DNA of 62,483 bases, filler included, from Choristocarpus tenellus KU-1152 (taxonomy: Eukaryota; Protista; Phaeophyceae), in assembly GCA_964200185.2 (NCBI GenBank). It is 13 parts of 13 records of this genome, joined end to end, with 100 filler letters (N's around TTAATTAATTAA, not from the genome) between each part and the next. Parts side by side here need not be neighbours in the genome. Positions count along the whole stretch, not along the records: positions 1 to 5,145 come from CAXNAD020011723.1; positions 5,246 to 10,116 come from CAXNAD020012714.1; positions 10,217 to 13,701 come from CAXNAD020019712.1; 10 more parts are not named here. The stretch is one strand, 5' to 3'. Below, piece after piece: positions 1 to 13,061 of this stretch (positions are counted from its first letter, which is position 1; each line of letters opens with the position of its first letter). The translations under genes were made by a program, and so were the position numbers. A model generated the notes under the pieces. It saw only the letters and a list, made by a program, of their open reading frames with translations, was not told the DNA's origin and searched no databases.

Positions 1-830
1 GTTTCCCGCGGCACAAGGTATGGCTTCCACTTTATTCCCCTACCAGCAACGTACAGTACTGCTGTACGGCAGCGTGACTGAGGAAGAAAGGCACTTTTCG
101 CGAGAAATTTTCGCGCGCGCCAAACTCACGTGAATATCTCTGGGATTTTGTGCCAAATCGCCCGAATACGATAATTCCGGCACAAAAGCCTATTTTTGCA
201 TGTCGAAAAAAGAGGTACAAAAATGCATATTTTTCGATTTGGTTCATAATGTCCGGCCCAAAATAGGGGTACCTACTGTACTGGAAAAACAATATTGGTA
301 ACTATTGATAAATTTACTACTATTATGCTCATAAGATTGTGTATGTTATGTGATAGTGTGATTTTGAGACTAGTTAAGGTTAGCCAAGTGTGGTGAAGAG
401 AATTAACAGGTAAGACGGACCAAATGGACCAAGACAAATCGTAACCGAGAGGACAAGGTGTGAAGGTTGTATATACAAGGACAAGAACTGAGGAAGTGGG
501 AAGGACCATGGTTCGGATGGGGGTCCAGAAAACAAATTCTCGAGAGATCGGAGATCCACCTTCGGGACAAAAAATCATAAGGAGACGTCAGGGGAATTCA
601 AGGAAACCTATCCTTCAGAAGATCTCTCACACCTGAACCGAAGTCCTGAGAAAAGAAATCTCAAACGGTATGTCGGTATACGTTACGACCACAAACGTAA
701 CTACAACACACAAGCCTACTTTTCATATCACCTCCTTTCTCATCGTATGTCCTCAGCGAGGTGTAGTACACAGGCGAAACTTAGTCTTAGGCTCAATTTG
801 TTTCCCCCTTTTTCACACACATTTTTGACA

Positions 831-867
831 ACCTAACCCCATTCCCAGCGCTAACCCTAACCCTAAC
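831..867 (+). repeat. Short interstitial telomere-like (CCCTAA) array
   Basis: cctaacccc...ctaaccctaaccctaac. Confidence 0.5.
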
Positions 868-3244
868 TTGTGTGTTAAAATTATCCCTGACCAGCCAAGG
901 AAACATTCTAGCTAAGTGGTGCAGCAGTACAGTGTGCACCGGGGAAACACTACCTCTAAAACGGATCCACCACTTTGTAAATTTTTCACACTACACATTT
1001 CCGAAAACATAGCCCTACTATGTTACAGCGCACCCCCGAACTCACCTCCACAGGATGTACAACTCAAACCCAACGACGTTAAAACGACACTATGGGGACG
1101 TTGCCCTTGACAACAGTTTGTCGGGTGTCAGATAGCCTTTTTCTCTCGATACTCCACTCAGTGCTTAGCTCAAAGCTCGACTCAATGTTAAATTCAAGAA
1201 AAAAAACTCGTAATAAGGGGGGGGGGGGTAAATGTGTTTTGACCAAAAGCCCTCTTATTATTTTCATCATCCACCCAATTTCTTTGGTCTTCTATGCAAC
1301 TGCTCTATAAGTACTCCAATCGTAAACCTTTAGTATGCAACTTATTATGAACTTTGACATTTTCTTCCGTAATGTTACGTATGCATTACAAATCATACTT
1401 TGTATCTTCTACGAAATCAGCATTTACTCTGTAAGGCTACCTATGTGTTACTAATATCGTATATTGTTCGCACTTGTTAGAATGCGAGGAACAATGCTCG
1501 CACTATTCGTCTCTCACAAAGGTTCGTGTTTGCTAAAACATGAGAAGAAATGCCTGCGCTATTCGCCTGTAACACCTATTCCTGACTGACCCTGACCTGT
1601 ATGTTTGAAGAAGTGGGAAACGTTTGATAGCAGTGATCACGAAAACAGAGGGGTTCCCCTGTGCACTTCAGAGTTTGACTTGAAGGGATCAGCATATCAG
1701 TCAGCCTAAATACGAGTGCGGTTAATGGAATGTGATCCGCGAGCATCATCAGGTTTAAGGTCTGAGAGTGTGAGGCCTGCGATCCAGTCAGCCTATAGAG
1801 ATACGAGCCGAGAGGTATGTGGGGCCAGCATATAGGACTCTGGTATATGGTGTATAAATGGAGGGTACACAAGAATGGGGAAACGAGGAATAAACTCTAT
1901 ACAACAATATTTTAGCTGTTGACTAGCGTTTGTGATCTGATTATGCTAAACGACAAGTAAGTGCTACAAGATGAAAATAATCAACACTCTACAAATGTGT
2001 GAAAACACAAGCAGCACTAGTACAACACGACCAAAAACATCAATACAGCAGGCAATATCATCATTAGACGATTTGCATACAATTCCCCTTCCTCGTATTC
2101 TGTCGCGATTGGAACCATTGACAATGGACAACAACAATATTCCAAGTGGACACTAGGACGAACGATGTTGGTGGTATCAATTCTCAATGTGATATTAGGT
2201 GACCGTACGGTCATAACATAATTTTGGGGTGGATCAGTTGGTGAAAAATATAATAAATGTAAACAAGATTCACCTAAGTCTCCATCACTTATCTGGGGGA
2301 GAACTCGAATCTTTGTTTTTTGTTGAGGTTAATTCACATGATTATATGGTCAATAAATACATTTCTTGAAAGAGATATATGATGTAATGAACAGCCACCT
2401 CTAGCACAAACGAGTGCCAATAATGTGCCCAGTGATGGACGGTCTCGTCACCACTGCATATATCCACTCATCGTGAGAGAAACGAGGAGAGTTGGGAGAA
2501 AAAATAACATTATACTATGTAAATCTATCTAAATATTGACCAGCGTAAATGTAGAGTGTATTTGGAAAGGATTGATAGGCTTGGTAAGGACGAGGTTCCA
2601 AGTCAAAGCTGGTCGTGAACAGTGTTGACTGGAATCTGTTACCAGTACCTCTTCACAGTACGATGCACTATACCCATCTATGACTATGATAATATACAAA
2701 TTATTGTCTAAACGAGATGGTCAACCTTTGTAAGGAATTATGAGCTCTAGGGCGAGACAATGCAGTTGTGAGAAAGATTGCGGGGATCTGCGCCAGATTT
2801 GCGTCCAATAACCTATTTCCTTACCTAATAATCTGTAGGTTATTGTAATATCGTAGTGGAAAGATATTTTTCCTCTAACATTATCGATATTAATGCTAAT
2901 ACTCTATTGATATTAGTAGTAATTTTACTACTATTATTGTTCAACAATTGATTTGTAGAGTTCGGTCATATCTCCTTTACGCACGTTTTCACCCCCGTTT
3001 CGTTTTGCTTTTTCCCTTTTTGGGGCATTTCGAAACGGAAAATCGTGACAAGTAACAATTATACGGCAATTTTGGGGCATTTCCGAACGTAGGCAAATCT
3101 GAAGACAGGATGTGAGACCATTCTTGACCAATTTTCAAGGCAAATCTGAACGGAATTCTGGGTGTTGCGATTTGCCCTCTGTTGTTGTCCGTAGCAATGT
3201 GCTTGGGGCTACAGAGTTATTACCTATTCCACATGTGGTTCAAG

Positions 3245-5014
3245 ATGGACAAAATAGTTGAAGAGAGTGAGTGAGACCGAATATCATCGTCCTCAGGTTA
3301 ATCATCCCTGAGTTCATCGTCTTCCAGATCGTCATCTTCTAGCTCATCGTCTTTCGATGAATCTACCTTTATGCTGGAGGCGTCATCTAGGATAAACGCA
3401 ACTGGGATATTGCTCATCTCCGCTTTAATGGACAAGGAGGATGAGCAGGAAGAACGTCCATTATTTCGCAGGTTTTGCATCCCCCAGGACCAGCCCGTTT
3501 ACATGGCAAGCTCATGGGGGTTATGCTGGGGAGAGAGGAAGATCTGAGAGACGTCACTTCGAGGGAGGCACTGAAGTTCAGGAGGCGGTTCCGAGTCCCA
3601 TTTTTTTTCTTTGAAGATTTAGTAAAGGAGGTACAAAGGCAGGGGTGGTTTAATTGTTGAACCGCAGATGCCACCGGATGCCCTGGCATAGCCGTGAAGC
3701 TGAAGGTAAGCATACCCGCCAGTAGAGAGTGAAATTATCTTAGAGGGTACGAGTTTTGCCCTGTTTGTCCATTTGGGGCTTGACTTCCCATGGATTCTTT
3801 TATGACACTTCCTACTCCAATATTTTCGGAGTAGGGAAAGTTTATACATTACGAAAGGTGTGTCCAGAACATGGATGTTGATACTTCATAACAAACACCA
3901 TAGCCAAAATTATATCAAAATAGTAACTTTGGATTTTGGTCCCTAAATAGACGGGGCTCTACCCTCTAAGATACTTTGGCTCAGAGTTTGTGTGTGAAAA
4001 GGGCTACCTCGATAGGGCTCGTAGATTCAACCGTCCTTTGGTCTGACAGTACTGGATGTGGCTTGCCGCCTGCAGGTGCTATCGCTCCTCCAAATCCTCG
4101 CCAGGGGAAACTGCTTTGATGTTATCGAGCAACTTTACGGTATATCTGAGAGCACAGCACAAACCACGTTTCACCGCTTTTGTGAGTGTTTTGCGTGTGA
4201 TATGTACTCGAGCTGGATTTATCTACCAGAGGGCGAAGATTTGGGGGAGGTCATGCACACGTATGGAGCTGAGGGGTTTCCTGGTGCTGTGGGTTCCACT
4301 GATGTGACACGTGTGCGGTGGGAGAGGGTGCCCATCAGTGATGCCCCGTATTACATTGGTAGGGAGGGTTACATGACGGTCGCCTATGAAGCGACTGTTG
4401 ACCATACTGGATTTGCACGGAGAGTGACGGCTGGGTTTCCTGGAGCCAAAAACGATAAGACAACCATTCGATATGATGGTGCTATCCAGAAACTTAGGAA
4501 TGACCCCACATACAGCATACAGACAGCTGGAGTACATCGTCAAGGACTCCGTCGGGAGCTGGTACACAGAGAAAGGGGCCTATATCCTTGTTGATGGGGG
4601 CTACCACAAGGTGACAGGAAAAACATGACTGTACGGCCATGCCTATGTTAGGGTTAGCTCCTGTGAAAATGAGTGCTCACAAAACTACCAAGTCAACATT
4701 CCTTCGCCCAACCCGATCTTTGCATTGGCAGTGGAGATACGCAATATGCCCCCTGAGGGCATCTGTCACACAGGCACAGGCAAGGTGGAGCGAACGAGTA
4801 GAGAGTGTACGCAAGGATGTGGAATGCTTTTTGGCAGAGTCAAGGGCCGCCTCAGAATCCTCAAGCTCCCACTACTATATTCGCAAAGGAAGAAGATAGA
4901 TAACATATTCTTGACTTGCTGCATATTGCAAAATATGCTTCATTCATATGATGGCCTTGGAGAGTTGGAGGGCAACATTGATTGGACAGGGGATGCTGGT
5001 CTGCATGGTGCCTT
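3245..5014 (+). pseudogene. PIF/Harbinger-type DDE transposase pseudogene; exons about 3245-3705, 4076-4610, 4732-5014
   Basis: Spliced translation gives FRRRFRVPF...DATGCPGIAVKLK|VLSLLQILARG, GFPGAVGSTDVT (first D), GAKNDKT, YILVDGGYHK|WRYAICP (second D) and ESVRKDVEC..GRVKGRLRILK (E). Both GT-AG introns are phase 0. There are several stops and frameshifts, and a MITE-B interrupts the 3' end. Confidence 0.88.
3727..3982 (+). mobile_element. MITE family A, full-length, inside transposase intron 1
   Basis: TIRs GAGTGAAATTATCTTAGAGGGTA / TACCCTCTAAGATACTTTGGCTC; internal CCTACTCC..GGAGTAGG hairpin; flanked by AGA/AGA. Confidence 0.9.
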
Positions 5015-5145
5015 AGCTCAAAGTATCTGGGGGGGGGGGTGGCGGCTGTCCATTTGGGGTCAACTTTTTCATGTAGCGAGTTTTGGGTGATTTGGTTGCA
5101 TACGTCCGATGGATGATATAAACGCACTTTTCCTGATTTTGTTTC
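5015..5145 (-). mobile_element. MITE family B cut by a contig end. Other contig-end fragments of B or B-like elements lie at 5246-5283, 10078-10116, 13802-13821, 24699-24717, 40729-40792, 51444-51482, 54972-55045 and 55146-55199
   Basis: gctcaaagtatctggggg..ggctgtccatttggggtcaa matches full-length family B copies. Confidence 0.85.
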
Positions 5146-5245
5146 NNNNNNNNNNNNNNNNNNNNNNNNNNNNNNNNNNNNNNNNNNNNTTAATTAATTA
5201 ANNNNNNNNNNNNNNNNNNNNNNNNNNNNNNNNNNNNNNNNNNNN
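5146..5245. other. Artificial contig-joining linker (44N-TTAATTAATTAA-44N). Also at 10117-10216, 13702-13801, 19888-19987, 24599-24698, 28658-28757, 31474-31573, 37940-38039, 40629-40728, 48353-48452, 51483-51582 and 55046-55145
   Basis: An identical 100-bp spacer with stops in all six frames occurs 12 times, and the sequences on either side are unrelated. Confidence 0.97.
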
Positions 5246-6259
5246 CGGACGCCGACACCCCCCCCCCCCAAATATTTTGACCCAGATGCCTTTTTAAATG
5301 CATAATGCACCATTGTTGAGAAGAATTTCACTCTGAACTGGTCCCTCATAGACTAGCACACTTACCTGTTCTGAGTCAGAAATGTACGGGTTTTTGTGTC
5401 CAGCCTTATAAGACTTAAGAATCGACTTGTGCATTGTCCCAAAGCAAGCACCGGTACTCTGCAGAGTAAGGCAAGAAAATAGCGCAGTGACTGTATGTAT
5501 TGTCTGTGGTAATGAGATGTGTATTTCCAGAGTTAGCTACACCATCCCAGCCCCAAGCCATTATTTGCAAAGGTGAAGTCTAAACTTTGTGCAGTACAAC
5601 AAGTTACATTCATTATCTTTTTCATTACAGTATTTAGTGCACGCAAGGTAAGGCACAGCAGTCCATATGTTGGGATCGGCAACATGCCACACATAACTTC
5701 TATTCTATCTGAAGGAACATTTTCCAGCACAAGTTCTGCCTATCCTTTGAGCAATGTGTGGAAAGGTTGCCGCCCTGCAGCCTCAGGAGGTATTTGAATT
5801 GCAGGAAGGGGTGGTTTGTTGCAAAGGTCCTGTTTGGTCGAAGTGTTTCTCAGTCTGAAGTGGAGCGTTGCATGCAAAGTGTTGCACTATTCTTGGACAA
5901 TGACTCATTTCGGTCTACACTTGCTTAATGGCCTAGATGTAAGGGAAAGTCACCAAGTAATACCAAATGGTACAGAGATGTAGAGACTGTTCACACTGAG
6001 GTGGGCTGGCTGGAGAGGCAACGCAGTCCTACAGATGTGCACTGAGCTATCAACAATAAATTATATACCTCAGACAGTGGGAAACGACATATTACTATTA
6101 TATCGTATCCAGGGGTTTGGCTTTTACACTGTTTTTGTCATATAGAACACTATGTACCGAAATAAAATGATATCTATTTTGTACCTCAGGAAGCAAGACG
6201 TGCACCTAGGAAAATGCACTAACTCCATCTATGAATTTTCTTGTGGTATTTCCATTCGG

Positions 6260-7378
6260 TCACTTCACACAAGAATAACCGAGGACCTTTGCAGCATCCT
6301 CTGGAGCAAGATTTGCCGGCACTGGCACAAACCACATAAACCAAAGTCCGACTCCAAGAACCTCCCGTCTCAGTATACTCCACCACCTACATATTCCCTC
6401 GAAGCTACTCTCAGTCTCAAAACACATATCATGAGAGTTCAGAGCCCCTTTGCCTGTTGTCTTCAGTCCTCTCGATTCTGAATGTCTCATATATCCTACT
6501 AGAGACGCATTGTGCTGCAATGAACCTGGCCCGATCCCTTTACCTCCTTCAGTTGATGGTTGACTCACTGGGGCATGGGTAACTGAAGCACGGGCCTGCA
6601 ATCGGTCAATGGTTCCTGCTCCCACAGCAATACCATACATCTGCACACCTAACAAGATAGAAACCCATAAAAAAAGCAGCAGAACCAGACCCCCACACAA
6701 TGCAGCATACCAAAGTATTTTTGTAGGCTTTAACTGTGCTGATAGGAGTGCTCGACTGATGGTAGACCCAACAACACTCCTGCCACCAACAACTCCCTCC
6801 ACAGCTCCTAAATCTGCAACCTGAGCAGAAGCACGAAGTGCTGGATGATGCCATGATGCTAGCCACAAAAACCTTACGATTAGCATAAGTGTGTAAAGGC
6901 TAGAAGTAGAGGAGTAGAATAAAAGCAGGAGAAACTGCTTGTGGTTCCTGGCACCTATGCAGTTGGCAGCAAATAGGCAGTGGTGATCCATGCGGGAGAC
7001 GCAGGCGTTGCAGGAGCGACAGTGATGGGCCCTGGCAAGGAAGGAACGATGAGAATGGATGGAGAGCAAAATGTCAAGACTTGGGGGTGTGCAGGATGGA
7101 AGTAATAAAGATTTGGCATTGGCCTTCAGACATGGAGGTGGGGAGTGAGGAGTTTCCACAGGAAATACCATAGCAAACATTGCCGCAAGGCCAACCTGTA
7201 TTCTATTTCAAGCAGTTGAAGAACCTGTGTGCGGAAGACACTCAGACTAAAAGAACTACCAACAAATCTCATGTTGGCTACATGGTCACCTTGGCGGCTT
7301 GTAGGCTTGACAGTATCGGCAGAAGCTTCCCTTGTACAGGGGTACCACATTGTTCGACACGAACCCTGGGTCAACCAC
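6260..7378 (-). CDS. DHHC-type protein S-palmitoyltransferase; exons 7378-7290 and 7031-6260; upstream exon(s) unresolved, possibly about 7791-7600
   Basis: Spliced [19 protein letters not shown]|[39 protein letters not shown] is a canonical DHHC cysteine-rich domain followed by TM helices; the GT-AG intron phase is consistent. Confidence 0.9.
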
Positions 7379-9310
7379 CTGCCAAGCATTTTAAGAGGAA
7401 AGAAGCGGTGTTATATCATACTTCGATGAATTTAAGATGTGAGTCGAACACATACATGCCATTTTGATAACCCGATTTTTTAATGGCAATTCAGGTATTG
7501 AAAGAATGCCAATATTTGGACCGAGTCATCAGAAAAATGGTTTAGCGTCTTGAGATAATACGTGGCAGGTCGGAAAATTTCTTTTTGCTCTAGCTAGGTG
7601 AAAAAATAAAGAATTATGATGTCAAGTATGCTAGGTGATGGCATCAGGAGGAAACATGAGGAGAGTTTGGTCGGACGAATGTCTGAGCTGTAGAAGGCAG
7701 CCCAACACCAGGCAAAACTGCTTATGAGTAATGCAAAACCCCAAAAGAGGGTATTGAGGATTACTTGAGATGATGACGTTTCTTTTGTCATTTCTCTTTG
7801 ACATGCCTGACATGTTCATACAACTGACTTGGCTATTTCTTGCCTATGCCATTATTATCAGGGTCTCATACAGGATCCTATAATTACTTAGGGATAGCAT
7901 TGGATGTAGGTCGTCATTAGAAGGCATAGTGAAGGGTTTGGTCTGAGTTTCTACTCTTGGACAGGCTTGGATCCACATCCAAGTGCAAGTCCAAAACGTC
8001 CAACCAGTTCCACACATTGGCGATACAACTTAATGCAAGTACCAAAGCAGTAAGTACCCTGTTGTATTTGCATCGTTCCCAGGCAACTTCTTGAAGCATG
8101 TCAAGGCTGGTCAACTCACTGCCTCCTGCCACAGGCTGAGGGAAGTTCCGTTTCAAGTACTGGCACCTGCCATACAACTATATCCTCCACACCTGACGTT
8201 GTTTCTGTTTCCTGATTGGCTCGGAAGTCCCACGTGTGGATGTGACTGCAGTGCCCGCAGCTTTTGGTCTATTGACACTAACATCTGCCTCTACCTTCAC
8301 AAGATGTAAGGTAAATCAACAGCTGAAGGTTTTGATGGCACATTGCCCCATTTATTCCCTTGGGAACCCTTGGTAGGAAGTCATCAAGCCCCAGATTTAC
8401 CCTTTCTAAATTTACCCTCACCATTACCCCCACGTGGGACAGCAGCGTCATGACCAGGAGAACGTGCAGCCCAACGAAGTGCCAACATCGCGAGGAAATC
8501 GTTGATGATACGCTCAGAAGGCCTTATTTGGAACGGGATAGACCAAGCGGATGCAGGTTGGAGGACGAGGATCATGTCATACACAGCATTATCAGAGCGG
8601 GGTGGTAGTTCTAGGGTGCAGAAGCTGACTTGGGTGCTTAAAAACAGGAAATATAGATTGTTGCATGATAACACAAGTTATTTATCAAAGCTCACCATCT
8701 GTAGCAGGTATTCCTCCCGCCGGGCATAGGGCGACCCATAGGACCCAGTCGATTGCAGCCACAATAATCCTTTAGAAACAGGTGAATGTGTGAATGACAA
8801 AGGTCAGATTGCAATACAACAAGCCATGACTCTGTCAGCACACGCATCTTCAACGTACCCATATTCGGAGTATGAACTATATCCAGGCGAGTTATCTGAC
8901 CCATCCCCTCACCATATGATAGATGGAGGTAACAGCCGAGAGGTCCGTCGAAAAGGTCCTTCCCTAGATTTGGGCGGCATAAACCCCTCAGCCACTCCAT
9001 GAGGAAGGCCGTCAGAGTCGGGCATTGACATCAATATAGAACTTACATCGACAAAATCCGCGACCTCAGTTTGTTCTCCACGCAAGACAACCTTCGAAGG
9101 ATGAAAAAGAGCTTGGACTTGCCTGTGATTGGCAAAGACAGGAAGCGCGTACAAACTAGTGGAGACTCCCCACCGCATCCCACCCAACTCTGGACAACAC
9201 TAATCCACAACAAAAAGGACCACCACAACATCATCCCAACAAGTTTAAAATTCTGCTCTGTAGCTCTTGTAGTGCTATGGGAGAACAAACACTATCTAGT
9301 ACTATAATAT

Positions 9311-9612
9311 TATTATGCCCTCTGACATTTTGCAGATGTGTAAGGGGGAAACAAATGAAAAATATACATAATATGTCAGTTTAAGCCCTAAAGAAATAAA
9401 ATACCATAAATGTGAAAACACTATAAAACACTTTAAGTGTGAAAGCCACCACTAATGTTACTTCACCATTATCAATATTGTACTACTGTCTTCCTGTGCT
9501 TCCCATCTACTCACTCCTTCTCCCCAGGGGGGGGAGCTAGGGAGGCATCCCAAGAATCTAACAAACCCCTCCGTGCCCATCTATCTCCCTGGTGACTCTA
9601 GTTTAAAGCGCA
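9311..9612 (+). repeat. Dispersed repeat family C (probable DNA-transposon end)
   Basis: tattatgccctctgacattttgcagatgtg...ggtgactctagtttaaagcgca recurs in both orientations at 19988-20870. Confidence 0.75.
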
Positions 9613-10265
9613 TTGCACATCGAGACAATGCCACTTGCGTAGCACCTATCTACTACTATTGTGGTCTTCGACCATCTCCTATATGCACGTTTTGTTTTGC
9701 TGTTTGGTTTTGCTTTTTGGTGAGAACTGAATGGGAAAAAGAGAACCGAAAAAATGTGACTGAAGAGAGTTATACGATAGATTTCATTTCGATTATACCG
9801 AGACCTTGTATTGTACATACAAGACCTCCCAATACCACCATCACACTACTCCACCGTAACATCTAACCCTCGAAAGTCAATATCAATACAAGATTATTGG
9901 AACACTGAGTCATGGCTTATCAGGATACGGTCACGACCATAGGCTTCGAGCTGAACGCTGCGGTGTTATGGGTACTAAAGAGACTGAAGAAAACGTGCGG
10001 TTCAAAGATTACCGCTGCTCATTTGAAGTCATACCAAGCGGTTCCCATCGCCTATGTGGCGAGGTCCGTGAAGGAATGGGTCAAAGTATCTGAGGGGGGG
10101 GGTGGTTTGTGAGGGGNNNNNNNNNNNNNNNNNNNNNNNNNNNNNNNNNNNNNNNNNNNNTTAATTAATTAANNNNNNNNNNNNNNNNNNNNNNNNNNNN
10201 NNNNNNNNNNNNNNNNTCTCGGGGCGTACGATGTTTGAGTTTGAAGAGACCCATCGGACCAAAAT

Positions 10266-10966
10266 GAAATCCGTGTTCTGGAAAACGCGTTTATTCTCGC
10301 TGTGATGAAATAAAAACTAGATTCTATTCTGGTTTCAGGCAACAGGTGGTCTTGGGCATGATAGAATTGAATTCGAAGCCGGGAGTATGAACGATGTTGG
10401 AGTTTCGGGCGATCCGTCGGACCACCCTGAAATTCATGTTCTGGAAAATAAGTGCATTATGGTTATTAGAAATTAAAAATTCGATTATATTCGTAATTTC
10501 AAGAAACACAAATATAAACGACATAGTTAATTGATCTTATACGTTTCAAATGTTCCGAAACTAAAAGGTCACAAAAAACTGCTACTCTCTATCTGTTTTA
10601 AGTATGAAATCGTATACTGTTTTATATTCATACTTTTTGGAACACAATTATCAACGGAAAGAGAAATCTGAGTTCTTTGGGCACCGACCAACCAGCCTGA
10701 AATTCATGTTCTTGAAAATACGTGTATTCTGGTTTTTATGAAATAAAAAATATATTCTATTCTTAATATCAACAAATCAAAATACAAACCACATACTTCG
10801 TTGATCTAATACGTTTGAAATGTTCCGAAACGAAAAGGTCACAAAAAACTGATACTATCTGTTTAAATATGAAATCGTATACTGTTCGATATTCATATTC
10901 TTTGGAACACAGTTATCAACAGAAAGAGAAATCTGAGTTCTTTGGGCACCGACCGACCAGATGAAA
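10266..10966 (+). repeat. About 270-bp tandem repeat: two full units (10429-10698, 10699-10966) plus a shorter upstream unit
   Basis: gaaattcatgttct.gaaaata...aaatgttccgaaac.aaaaggtcacaaaaaactg...gagaaatctgagttctttgggcaccgacc is repeated. Confidence 0.88.
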
Positions 10967-11076
10967 TAAAGCAGCACCTCCCAGCCCTCACTCCTCATTT
11001 CCATTCCTTCCCCTTCCCAACATACCACCAGCAGCTCTTTCTTATCTATCCCCGTCACACCCTCCCAATCTTCGCC

Positions 11077-13061
11077 ATGTCCAACATTCGCTCAACAACG
11101 ACCCCCCTGCGCGCCAATGGCACTGCCCACAGATCGAGAGCGTCGGACAGCAATGCCAAGGGCATGTCCAAGCTCCTCGAACAGCACTACCTCGGTATGT
11201 ACAAGATGAAACTCGTCAACATCACATGCACGGAGATGGTGCGTCCCCTGAGCGAGCGTGGCCTTGCGCGCGTCAGCAAGTCTATCCGTGAAAAAGGCTG
11301 GCTCGAGCAGTTTGCTCCGTCCATCGTCATCCAACGAGACTGCTTAGGCAACGGAGACCAGCTCACCGCCGACACTACGCTTGCCGTTCAAGGATGAACA
11401 CTGAACGGAAACCATAAATAACGGTGTTGAAGAGAGAGTTTGATCACGACCGCGCTTTCATGATGCGGGTCTACATGGAGTTCAACCGAGCAGAAGAGAG
11501 ACTAATTGCCAACGGTGAGTGATCATTAGTGTTGTCGTTGTTCCATTGATCGCCTGAATCTTCTGATCAACTAAGCAATTAAGCAACTAAGTAAGTTGGG
11601 TGTTGTTGTTGTTCCATGATCGCCTGGTGATTCTTCTGATCTACCAAGTTAGTGCTGTATTTCCTTTGTTTGGTTCATCATCAGTCAGCCCGTTGTTGAT
11701 CTTTTCGTTTTTGATCTTTTTTGTCCCCCGTGGTATTTCTGTCAGCAGCAACATGTTGCTCACTACTGCCTGCCGTGTGTATCCCACGACCGTTTCCCAT
11801 CTACCCCTTGCCCCATTTGCCCACTGCACCGCCACGCTTATAGCATTAAACGACGCGACGGATAGTGTGGTTGAGCGAATGCTGTACGATGAGGTATATT
11901 TTCAGCACGAGCTCGAAGAAGCTATCAAGCACCAGACGAAGAAGAAAGAAGTTTCACTAGCAGAGATCCGCAAAATGTACAAAAAGGTGAGGGAGTTGTC
12001 AACGTTGGTGGGATGGTGGCGCTCTACTCCTCCTATTGTTGGGTTACAGCTGTTGTGAAATCTCTCTGTGTCCTCCTACTCCCGAGTACGAACCAGTCTA
12101 ATGCGGCACCCAAATAGGTTGCGTAGGAGACTATGGGCCTTGCGGATAAGTGTTGGATCCGTTGTGTGTTGAACGTTTGCCACAATAAGGTTGTCGTTTT
12201 TGCACCACCTTCGGTCGTGCACCTCCAAATCACATCCATTCATGAATGACCGAACTCTAGCCCCCCCCCCAACACCCCTCCACCCCCCCCAACCCCACCA
12301 CCGTCTTTGTCTTCCGTAATGATCAGCTGCGTGCAAGCTCGTCCTCGAATACCGCCGAAATGGCCTTGTTCCCGCTTGACGGGAAAGACTACAAAGTCGG
12401 CAGAAACGACCTCCCTGTGTGGGGTGATCTCCAAGTGTGCAACTCTCGATCAGAGACCTTCCGTTTGATCTCTCTTGACGACCAAAAAGAACAGTGCATT
12501 TGCATTTGGCTCCTTCATGTGGCCAACCACAACCAGCTCAAGCGCATGCTTTCGCCTGGAACGGAGGTGTGTGGGCCAGGCGCAGAGCTCTACTTGCGCG
12601 TGGCAGCCACTTGCCCTCTCTACTACATGCGTTGAACCGAGAAGGCAGACGACGCCAACATTGAATTCACATCGAAAGTTCCGCAGAGCGGAAGCCGTGA
12701 CGAGGTCCTCCTCCCCTTCTCCCAAGTTGGCCCCGGGCAGATGTTTGTCACGCCCGTAGTCGGGAGGGTGTGCAAACCCCGGGCAAAGAATGACACGAGA
12801 TCACCGTTCAACATGCTCCCGGGTCTTACGGTAGTGTATTCTCGTGGGTTCGAAGTGCGGGATTCGGACTCGGACTTGACACCAATCACCACTAGAAAGC
12901 GCAAACGTCCCTCTTCCCGCACGGGTGGAAATGGGAAAGGTCGCAAGGTGCGGAGGGGCGCCGGCGGTTCTGCGCCGGAAGACGAGCTGGAGTATGTCAG
13001 CGACGCGGAGGAGGACGAGGAGGATGAAGAGGAGGATGAAGGGGATGACGAAGAGGAGTAA
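11077..13061 (+). pseudogene. Decayed spliced gene with an N-terminal ParB/Srx-like domain and an acidic C-terminal tail; exons about 11077-11514, 11844-11986, 12327-13061
   Basis: VRPLSERGLARVSKSIREKGWLEQFAPSIVI...G*TLNGNHK resembles ParB N-terminal motifs (SI..G...P.V...DG.HR). Splice phases are compatible. Stops at 11395 and 12633, frameshift at about 11417, NLS-like RKRKR and a poly-D/E tail. Confidence 0.6.

Noticed and set aside
831-867. A true telomere
   Set aside because: Only about three degenerate units, internal to the contig.
300-1900. Possible solo LTRs or TE termini with short internal repeats
   Set aside because: No matching TG..CA pair with a TSD and no second copy within the window.
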